Below, in pieces: positions 18,504 through 27,339 of a DNA stretch of 32,000 nucleotides. The notes under the pieces are model-generated. The model was not told the DNA's origin. It saw only the letters and a program-made list of their open reading frames with translations, and ran no database searches. The first letter of the stretch is position 1, and each line of letters begins with the position of its first letter. This stretch comes from Trichodesmium erythraeum IMS101. Its GTDB lineage: Bacteria; Cyanobacteriota; Cyanobacteriia; Cyanobacteriales; Microcoleaceae. The DNA lies in contig NC_008312.1 of the NCBI RefSeq assembly GCF_000014265.1, positions 5,520,001 to 5,552,000 on the forward strand, given 5' to 3'. A program made the position numbers and the translations under genes.

Positions 18504-19649
18504 AGACTTCTCCGAAAATAGTCAAATCAATACTATAACTATCTTAATTGGAGCGATCGCTATTTCAAGAAGATAGTTGATTTTTACAGTCTCATAGGTA
18601 TTAGAGATAGTTAGTATTAATATATAGCCCTAATTATAGTATTTTCAGCCAAGAATTTTTTCAGAAATTATTGGCAAATTTATTAAGACAAAATAACCGT
18701 CTCTATTCCCAGTCTTACAAGTCCACAAATAGTCATTATTATTTGCGTATATTTATCAGAATTTAGCCTGAATCTTTCCTGGGCTACTCGAAATATTTTG
18801 AGTAATCTAATTATATGTTCTACAAAAATTCTTTCAGATGCCAGCTCTTTATTTTGAGACTTTTCCTTACTGGTTAATTCTTGAATATGGGGCTTTTTTT
18901 TAGGCGTTTTTATTGCTGGTTCTCCCACATAAGCTTTGTCCCTGGTAAATTTTTGTTCTTGATGGAATTTTTCTTGGATTTCACGAAAAAAATTTATATC
19001 ACTTATTTGGCCTATTTTTCCAGCTTCGATATCAACAATATCTTTACCATTGGTTAACACAATCATCTAACTTTTTCTTGTATGACTTTTTTTCTTTCCT
19101 GAGTAATATTCTTTTTGTTCTTCAGATTTTTCTGGCCTTTCTATACCGTGTTCATAGCTATCTATGATTAACTCACACTCTGTTAAAATTTCCTTAATAA
19201 TTTCTTTGTCACTTGAGTTTTTTTTTACCTGTTCTAGGAGACTTGATAGTAACAACTCCCCAATTATTGGAAACTAATAATTAAAGATATCATTGGCAGT
19301 AGTTTCACTGACTCCAAATTGAATTCCTAATAGTTGAAAAGTTGTCAAATGTATTAAATAAGTTAAGGTTAAAATGATTTGTTCACAAGAGTGATAATTT
19401 AGGTGATCTACCACCACCAGAAGCGATTATTCTAACTTTTTTAGCTGTGGCTATTTCTTGCTTCTTCGATACAAAGTTTTTCTGCTTGTTTTAATAACTT
19501 TTCTACCTATTCATACTTGATACCTAATAAACGTTCTGATTCTTGTGGAAGATGTCTGAATATACTCAAGTATATTAGTCATAATTTACCTACAAAAATT
19601 TCCATTTTTTATTACTCTATCAAAATTTATTGATTTTTCGGAGATGTCT
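18504..19649 (-). mobile_element. IS5-superfamily/Harbinger-like element, copy G (1146 bp)
   Basis: AGACTTCTCC at 18504 and GGAGATGTCT at 19640-19649. ATT on both flanks (18501-18503, 19650-19652). Confidence 0.85.
18683..19255 (-). pseudogene. Copy G transposase DDE part with an in-frame TAG; the N-terminal part is frameshifted
   Basis: ORFs 19067-19255 and 18683-19066 are in the same frame, separated by the TAG at 19067-19069 (YYSGKKKSHTRKS-stop-MIVLTNGKDIVDI). Copy B has Gln at that position. Confidence 0.8.
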
Positions 19650-19769
19650 ATTTAATATTGAAAAATTGATCGCTCCTAATCATTTGTAAGATTCTTTTTA
19701 AAAATGGTATGATTTAGATTTATCATGATTAGTTTATATCAAAAATAAAAAATTAATTTCATTTTCATT

Positions 19770-21581
19770 AGACCTCTCCAAAATAAAAATTAAGGTAAAA
19801 TTGTAGTAGCAAATTATATATAGTCTGTAGACCTCTCCAAAATAAAAATTAAGGTAAAATTGTAGTAGCAAATTATATATAGTCTGTTTCCAAATTAATA
19901 ATGTATTAGAATATATTTATAACCATCTAAAATAAATAAAAAGAATTATTGGTATTACAGATGAACAGCTAATAAAATTAATATAAAACCCTCAAAAAGT
20001 TGAAAAAAAAAGACAGGCGATAGCCAGCAAAAAAAAGGTTAATCAAGGTAGGAGGAGGAAGAAAAAAGTCTTTCAGCAAGACAGAAGAGATAATATTGAC
20101 CTTATATTATTTGCATCATGTACCAAAATTTCAGCGAGTAGAAGCAATATTTGGAGTTAGCTCATCAACAGCAAATAATATTTTTCAGGCTTTGGATAGA
20201 TATTTTGAGGTAATTATTACCATCTAGTTTACTAGAGAAATTCTCGGGAAAAGAAAACGAATCTTTATGGATAAAAGAGGCTTTGCCAGAAATAGAATTG
20301 ATAGTTGATAGTACAGAGCAAGATAAAGAAATACCAAAAAATAATGATAAATAGAAAAAGTATTATTCAGGAAAGCCAAAAAGTAATAAATTTAAAAATC
20401 AAATAGTAATCACAGAAAAGGCAGAAAAAATAGTAGATGTAATAGTAGGATAAAAAAGTCCATAAAGTGATATAAAGTTATTCAACAAAACCACAAAAAA
20501 GTTGGATATATAAGCAAGATTTTCAAGAGATAGGGGGTATCAAAATGGTCAAAAATTAACACGCCAAACAAAAAAAAGAATCCATAAAATGTCGAAAAAA
20601 GTAAAGATATAGAATCAAAGAAAAAAGGTTAATCAAGGCAGGAGGAGGAATAAAAAAGTCTTTCAGCAAGACAGAAGAGATAATGTTGACCTTATATTAT
20701 TTGCATCATGTACCAAAATTTCAGCGACTAGGAGCAATATTTGGAGTTAGCTCATCAACAGCAAATAATATTTTTCAGGCTTTGGATAGATATTTTGAGG
20801 TAATTATTACCATCTAGTTTACTAGAGAAATTCTCGGGAAAAGAAAACGAATATTTATGGATAAAAGAGGCTTTGACAGAAATAGAATTGATAGTTGATA
20901 GTATAGAGCAGGATAGGGAAAAGCAAAAAAAAATGATGATAAACAGAAAAAGTATTATTCAGGAAAGCCAAAAAGTCATAAGTTTAAAAATTAAATAGTA
21001 ATCACAGAAAAGGCAGAATAAATTGTAGATATAATAGGAGGATAAAGAGGTCAAAAAAGTGATATAAAGTTATTCAAAAAAACCACAAAAAAATTGAATA
21101 CATAAGCAAGATTTCAAAGAAATAAGGGGTATCAATATGGTCAAAAATTAACACGTCAAACAAAAAATAAGAAGCTATAAAATGTCTAAAAAAGTCAAGA
21201 TATAGAATCAAAAAAATCTCAAAAAATAATATTTGTAGAACATATAATAAGACCGATAAAAATATTCATAGTGGCACGATAAAGATTGAGATTTAAAGAC
21301 AGTAACTATGAAAAAGTAATTTAAAAAATATGTAGTTTATCAAGATTAATAAGAGGATATTTTTTATTATTATAGGTCATAAATTTTGCCCTAAAAAAAA
21401 CAATAAAAAACTAGACAAAAATGGTAAATAACTAACAGTAACTATCTGTAATACTATAAAGCCTGTAAAAAATGACTATCTGGTGGAGCTAAAGCCTGTA
21501 AAAAATGACTATCTGGTGGAGCTGGCGATCGCTCCCCAAAAGATAGTTACAGTAAGTGTTTGATAATTTTTGGAGATGTCT
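19770..21581 (+). mobile_element. IS5-superfamily/Harbinger-like element, copy H; degenerate and inflated to 1812 bp by three internal tandem duplications
   Basis: ATT on both flanks (19767-19769, 21582-21584). The left terminus is duplicated (59-bp units at 19770 and 19829). There is a 592-bp internal duplication and a 33-bp duplication (21458-21490 / 21491-21523). Confidence 0.85.
20029..21212 (+). repeat. About 592-bp tandem duplication inside copy H (two diverged units)
   Basis: AAAAAAGGTTAATCAAGG(T/C)AGGAGGAGG restarts at about 20621, after ...AGAATCAAAG. The units differ by scattered substitutions. Confidence 0.8.
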
Positions 21582-21586
21582 ATTTG

Positions 21587-22499
21587 TTATATGAACCTAT
21601 GCCACTAATAAAATGCGATTAATCTACATAAGTATAGTGGCAAGCACTACAAAAGCACCAAAACAAGTATAAATACGCCCCCATATTACAACTAGGCGAC
21701 GATATTTACCTTGATACCAGGCAAAACAACCCTCTTGTTGAAAACGAGGTACAGAAATTTTGATCCCTCGTCCTGGTTTCTTTTTGTCTTTCCAAAGTCG
21801 TTTGGGCAGTTGAGGTCTAATCCCTCTTTGATACCTTGCTTGTCTTTGTCGTTGACAATCATATCCTTTATCAGTGGTAATAACTTGGAATCGCTTACGT
21901 GGAGGGCCCCGTTTTTAAGTTTTCACACTTAGTACTATCAATTAAGGGAATTAGCTGTTCTCTTTCATTGCCATTAGAGGGGGTAGTACAGTTAGCTACT
22001 GGTAATCCATTTTCTTCTCTCAAGGTATGAATTAAAATCCCCTTCCTTTTATGGCCATAAGCTACATCCTCTCCTCTACCCTGACCGGGGTAAAAAGAGC
22101 CGTCCACGGCTGTGTAGCTCCAATTAATTAGTCCTTAGTTTTCTGGAATTCCTAAAATTCGTCCTTGTAGGTATTTGAGAGTTCTATCTTCTTCCTAACG
22201 CTTCAGCCATCTGTGTACTGAACTCTTGGAGGCCCAAATCTCTCAAGCTGGTACATCACAACAATGACAACCTATTATTAATATGTAGAGAAGAGTATGA
22301 TTTTACATATCGTACGGGGAGTATGAGGCACACGTTTACCTCTTTTTTGTGGTGAAATAGGAAAAATATCTTCAAATAACTTCCAGTCTATGTCACTTAA
22401 TCCTTTAAATTTACCTAGCATCTTTTTTCAATTTACCATAACTGAGTAACGCTTATCGTAGTATCATCATTTGACTATTAGTGGGATAGATTAGTATAA
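21587..22499 (-). mobile_element. IS5-family element of the IS427-like type (DUF4096 N-terminus + DDE_Tnp_1_2-like), pseudogenised
   Basis: Imperfect 24-bp inverted termini at 21587-21610 and 22476-22499 (about 20/24). Minus-strand pieces: MLGKFKGLSDIDWKLFEDIFP (ATG at 22421-22419), DGSFYPGQGRGEDVAYGHKRKG (ORF 21895-22107), and ...TTDKGYD...QLPKRLWKDKKKPGRG... in other frames. Confidence 0.7.
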
Positions 22500-22500
22500 T
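22471..22500 (+). promoter_or_regulatory. Putative outward-facing sigma70-type promoter in the terminus of the IS427-like element
   Basis: TTGACT (22471-22476), 18-nt spacer, TATAAT (22495-22500). It lies 27 nt upstream of the ATG at 22528. AGGAG at 22517-21. Confidence 0.4.
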
Positions 22501-22527
22501 TAAGCAATGCTATAACAGGAGATAAGT

Positions 22528-23496
22528 ATGGAAGATAATGCAAACTATAAGAATGCCGTTGATATTTTGAGTACAATATCTATTTTAAAGGAATCCTTTT
22601 CTGTTACTGAAATAGAACTTTTTGTAAAGCTGACAAACTTTCAAAGATATAAAGCAAAAGTTAAGATTATCTGTCAAAGTGAGCCAGCTATCTCTATCAT
22701 TTGTCTGATCACCGGCGAGGCTCGTGTTATTTCCAATGATTACCAATTGGCAATATTAAGAGAAGGAGATATATTTGGAGAATCAATGTTTTCGAATGAA
22801 TGCATTCGTACGGCTAATGTGATTGCGAGTACAGATGTCTCTGCTATCATATTTACAGTAGAAGATTATGAAAGACTAACTAGGATTTCTCCAAACATTG
22901 CTCTAAAGTACAAGCTTTTTTTTGAGGCAATTTATAAATATCACAAAAGAAAAGATGATAAGTTTTTCTCTGTTGATTCCACAAAGTATCTTGCCCTTAT
23001 TGCTCATAATGAAATGAAAAGTAGCTTGGTTGAGTTTGTGAAAGAACATATAAAATTGATTACTAAATTCCCACTTGTGGCTACAGGTACTACGGGACTC
23101 CTTCTTCACCAAGCAACAGGTGTGGTACTTTCTCGAAAAGTAAAGTCTGGACCTTTAGGAGGGGATCAAGCCATTGGAAGCATGATTTCCACAGATAATA
23201 TTTGTGGTGTATTGTTCTTTCGTGATCCTCTTTCTTCACACCCTCATCATGCGGATATTGAGGCCCTATCAAGATTATGTGATGTCTATCAAGTTCCTTT
23301 GGCTACCAACCCTTCTACTGCTAAGGCTATTTTATTGTATCTAGACAATACTCCTTTAGAAGGTAAGCATAATTTCAGTTTAGCATTGACAAAATATCAA
23401 GAAAATCAAAGTCGTATAGTTCACGGGGGGGTGACAAGCAGCTTGAAACCATTGGGAGATAGTGATTATCCAGATATTCACTCTGTCAAAAATTGA
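22528..23496 (+). CDS. Cyclic-nucleotide-binding domain fused to a methylglyoxal synthase (MgsA-type) domain, 322 aa
   Basis: The N-terminal half has GDIFGE...IRTANVIA (cNMP phosphate-binding-cassette-like). The C-terminal half has KYLALIAHNEMK, ATGTTG, GPLGGDQ and FFRDPLSSHPHHADIEAL, collinear with E. coli MgsA as I recall it. SD-like AGGAG lies 6 nt upstream. Confidence 0.8.
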   Translation: MEDNANYKNAVDILSTISILKESFSVTEIELFVKLTNFQRYKAKVKIICQSEPAISIICLITGEARVISNDYQLAILREGDIFGESMFSNECIRTANVIASTDVSAIIFTVEDYERLTRISPNIALKYKLFFEAIYKYHKRKDDKFFSVDSTKYLALIAHNEMKSSLVEFVKEHIKLITKFPLVATGTTGLLLHQATGVVLSRKVKSGPLGGDQAIGSMISTDNICGVLFFRDPLSSHPHHADIEALSRLCDVYQVPLATNPSTAKAILLYLDNTPLEGKHNFSLALTKYQENQSRIVHGGVTSSLKPLGDSDYPDIHSVKN

Positions 23497-23779
23497 CTTT
23501 TTTTTGAGAATGATAATTATTCTTTCTAAGATATGGGTTAGCGATATAGCTGCCGCCACCATCCTCCGTCAAGGCTAATTCACATCACCGAAATTAGGTT
23601 GATTTATTATTCAATAATAAAATTACATCACATTAATGTAAATCAATTAAAAAATTTTTAATAATCAGATAAATGGCTAGACATTGACTGTAAATAATTA
23701 GATATTATCTAACATTGACAGAGCTTTTAATCCCCTTTGATAATCAGACTTTTTTTTGAGGACTAAGCTTTATTATCTG

Positions 23780-24061
23780 TTAAACAATGTCAACTAAATA
23801 ATTCCCAGCAAGTACCCATAATTCACTATATATACCTACCCAAAAATTACTATGTCTTCTGTCTCTTCGTCCTGGTTCGTTTAATCGACAAATATATCTT
23901 TGACATTCTAATTTTTTAATATAATTACCATGATAAAATGAAGCAGTGTAAGCAATGGCTACTAATAGAATTAAATTAGTCAAACGTTGTATATTAGCCT
24001 GACTACCTTCTAGGTTATATCCTCCTTTCTTACAATCAGACAACATAGCTTCAATACACAT
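23780..24061 (-). pseudogene. C-terminal fragment of the IS4-family transposase
   Basis: CIEAMLSDCKKGGYNLEGSQANIQRLTNLILLVAIAYT...RRHSNFWVGIY is IS4-type. The upstream part is broken by frameshifts and duplications. Confidence 0.7.
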
Positions 24062-24312
24062 TTTCGACCGATAATTTTTGATAATTTCATCTTTTCAAGA
24101 TTTGTCAACAAGTACCAAATTTCTTTCTCCATTTTATTTTTATATTTTCTTTTCCAATAGGTAACTCAATTAAAATATCCAAATCCTTTTCGACCGATAA
24201 TTTTTGATAATTTCATCTTTTCAAGATTTGTCAACAAGTACCAAATTTCTTTCTCCATTTTATTTTTATATTTTCTTTTCCAATAGGTAACTCAATTAAA
24301 ATATCCAAATCC
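24061..24312. repeat. Tandem duplication, 2 x 126 bp, identical by eye, inside the IS4-like transposase relic
   Basis: TTTTCGACCGATAATTTTTGATAATTTC...TAAAATATCCAAATCC at 24061-24186 and again at 24187-24312. Confidence 0.9.
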
Positions 24313-25949
24313 TTTTTTATGAGTAATATTAATGTTACTTAAAAATATTTAAGTTCCCACAGATACGGCTAAATCAGTGAATTGCTGGTACTTTTTACCA
24401 GTTTTTATATAGTGAAGATTCATTTTTTTCCTAAAAACAAAAGAATTTTTTTGAGGTAATTTTAGCTTTTTTAGCCAGTTTTATAACTCTACACAATGGA
24501 ATTATCGATCTCCAATAACTACAAGCTTATATTTTTTTATAACCGTAAAAATAGTTTAATAAGTAAATTTTTTTCTGCCAAATTACTAGAGCTTTTTTTA
24601 TTCAAAACTAGCCAATAAATAGGTGATGCTCGTTACTAGCCAATAAATAGGTAATGCTCGTTTTTTATATATGAAAGCAATAACGAATATATTACTATCT
24701 TTCCATTGTTTCTTATCTATGGTAAAAATCAATTTACTACCATCGGGAAATTATAGACTAATAATCATAATTATCATCGGCAACTACAACAAGGGAAAGC
24801 TCAAAAATATAATGTTAAAAATCTTTGTATATGTTTCCGGCGACTCTCATATTTAATTGGTAAAGGAAAACAGGCAACTAATCTTTCTATTTCAACAGTT
24901 TTGTGAAAAGTTAATAACCAAACTAAAATTTTTCAAGTTTGGAATTGACTTTCAGTCAAAGATTATTGAAAATCTGACTCAGATAATGAAAAAAAATCCA
25001 TTGGGGTCGGTCTATTTATATAAGTGGACTGAATTTTTTTACCATATAATGTGATTTGTCGCTACCACAAAGGTTGACACAAAAATGGTAATATTGGTTA
25101 GTGATCTCTAATCTACATCTTAAAAAGAATAATTATTATTCTCAGAAAAAAAGTCAATTTTTGACAGAGTGAATATCTGGAAAACCATTATCTCTCAATA
25201 GTTTCGAGCTGCTTGTCACCCCGTGAGGTAGTTAACCTAAGTAAGCCCATTTCCGGTTATCCGTTTATAGGGTTTGGTTATATTCAGAACAGGACATAAA
25301 ACTTTCACTTCATCACGACTCCTCTCCTAAACGTCCCAATTCAAGAGGACATCCTTAAATTCCACCTTAGACCTAATGAGTCCTTAATTGTTAACTGCTT
25401 TTAAGTCGTTGGCATTTTTAAGGTCGTGGCAATGACAGGGCAACAGTTGTTTATTCTTAATTGTAGCGAGCGCCTAACTACAGAAATTGAAAGCAGTTTG
25501 CTCTTTTTTTTCTCTCAATATCCAATCTTACAAAAAAATAGCGCGATCGCGCCAGAGCAAAAGCTGTTAGATCTCTAACCCAAAGACGATGTAAAAAAAA
25601 ATATTACTCTGGAAAAAACAAAAATCATGCATTAAAAAACAAAATAATAACTACATAAAGAGGAACATAAATAGTAGATTTGATAATTGGATAAATAGGG
25701 CAATAAAGCGATATAAATTTACCCATAAAATAGCCAAAAAAATTTTATAAAAAACAAAAATTTTAGAGAGATAAAGGAGCTCAAGAAACTGAGAGAACTA
25801 GGATATCGAAAAAAGTCTATAAAAAAATAATTTTTCCCATAAATTCAAGAAGATAACAATAAAAAATATCAGAAAATAATATTTGTGGAAAATGTAATGT
25901 GGAACATCTAATTAGGTTGATAAAAATATTTAGAGTAGCCAGAGAAATA

Positions 25950-27062
25950 TAGCAATCCCATATTGGTCGCAACAGATATAATAGTAAGAATAACAGATCT
26001 AAGAAAAAGACAAAAAATGAATATTATAGATAAACTAAATGATTTTATTAATCAAACAAAAGAGTCTAAAGAAATTAAAAGGGCCTTGGCCGTAAAAATG
26101 ACCTTGTCAGGAAAATCCTACCATGAAGTCAAAGAATTATTAAATGTTTCTCACAGTTTTATTAGTGAATGGAAAAACCAAGCATTATTTCATGGTGTAG
26201 AAAGTTTAAGGCTTCAGTATCAAGGGAGACAAGGTTACTTAAAAACGGTCGAAAAAGAGAAAACAATTGAGTGGTTGAGAGCACAAGATTATCTTAGGTT
26301 ATCAGATTTAAAAAACTACTTACAGGAGCAATATGATGTGGTTTTTGAGTCTAATCAAAGTTACTATAACTTGTTTAAAGAAGCGGGCATAAGTTGGAAA
26401 AAAACTCAAAAAAAGAATCCTGCTAAAAATGATGAATTAGTAGAAGTTAAAAGAAAAGAAATACAGGAATTTTTAGCTAAATGGCAACCAGAAATAGAAA
26501 CTGGAAAGCTTACAGTGTTTATGATTGATGAATGTCATCTTCTATGGGGAGACATATTAGGTTATGCTTGGGGAAAAACAGATGAAAGAATAGAAATTGC
26601 AATTAAAAATGAAAAAGAAAGACAGACTTATTATGGAGCTTTAGACTATAAAACCAAGGAATTTCTTGTGCAAGAATATGAGAGTGGAAATACTAAAAAT
26701 ACTATTGAATTTATTAAATATTTGCAGAAGCAAAGACCGGGCAACAAATTGGCAATATTTTGGGATGGGGCAACTTACCATAACTCTCAAGAATTTCGAG
26801 AATATTTAATGACAATTAATCAATACTTATCAGAAGAAGAATTGTTGATAAATTGTACAAGATTTGCTCCCAATGCTCCGGAGCAAAATCCTGTTGAAGA
26901 TATTTGGTTACAAACCAAAAATTTCAGTATTACTTTTTATCATCTTTGCAGTTCTTTTAAAGTAGTTAAGTGGCTATTTAAGTTTTTTGCGGATGGTCAA
27001 ATATTCAATTTCCCAAAACTTTTTCAGTATGAAATTTTGCCGCAACCTACTTAGGATTGCTA
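25950..27062 (+). mobile_element. IS630/Tc1-like element type 2, apparently intact copy (1113 bp)
   Basis: Ends TAGCAATCC... / ...GGATTGCTA. TA on both flanks (25948-25949, 27063-27064). Removing it plus one TA restores the host IS5 reading GCC AGA GAA ATA TTC AGA TTA AAA. Confidence 0.9.
26017..27054 (+). CDS. IS630-family DDE transposase, 345 aa from ATG 26017 (the track ORF starts upstream at 25963)
   Basis: Uninterrupted ORF with FMIDECHLLWGD, AIFWDGATYHNS and APNAPEQNPVEDIW (DDE_3-like) motifs. Confidence 0.85.
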   Translation: MNIIDKLNDFINQTKESKEIKRALAVKMTLSGKSYHEVKELLNVSHSFISEWKNQALFHGVESLRLQYQGRQGYLKTVEKEKTIEWLRAQDYLRLSDLKNYLQEQYDVVFESNQSYYNLFKEAGISWKKTQKKNPAKNDELVEVKRKEIQEFLAKWQPEIETGKLTVFMIDECHLLWGDILGYAWGKTDERIEIAIKNEKERQTYYGALDYKTKEFLVQEYESGNTKNTIEFIKYLQKQRPGNKLAIFWDGATYHNSQEFREYLMTINQYLSEEELLINCTRFAPNAPEQNPVEDIWLQTKNFSITFYHLCSSFKVVKWLFKFFADGQIFNFPKLFQYEILPQPT

Positions 27063-27339
27063 TATTCAGATTAAAAGATAGTAATTATCAAAAAGTAATT
27101 CTAACAATATGTGGTTTACTCAAACTAAGAATAGGAAAATTAATTTTAGTCGAAAATTTCAATAATTGAATTAATAAAAAGAAAAAAAGATGCAATAAAA
27201 CATTTAGTTATTAACAATAAGTACCTCAAAGACTGATAATGGTGTACAACTAGCTAAAAATGCTTGGCAATTATAAAAAAGCTAAAGTCAAACGAGACAA
27301 AAGCTTTAGCAATTTTTGAATATGTCTAATAGTCCGTAA

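Larger units (their letters stand above)
23422..25225 (-). mobile_element. IS4-family-like element with about 105-bp imperfect terminal inverted repeats; transposase degenerate
   Basis: 23422-23527 is about 90 percent identical to the reverse complement of 25121-25225. Minus-strand pieces: ESRRKHIQRFL, DRKQWKDSNIFVIAF..KRALPIYWL, WYLLTNL, and ORF 23780-24061. Confidence 0.7.
25552..27327 (+). mobile_element. IS5-superfamily/Harbinger-like element, copy F; 5'-truncated, degenerate, and interrupted by an IS630 insertion (left boundary approximate)
   Basis: Degenerate KKYYSGKNKNHALKN from about 25590. Right end GAATATGTCT at 27318-27327, followed by AAT. The ARE/FRLKD codons are split by the insert at 25950-27062. 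Confidence 0.7.

Noticed and set aside
24671-25054. Two adjacent 61- and 65-aa ORFs
   Set aside because: Both are antisense to the N-terminal part of the IS4-like transposase relic and have no motifs.
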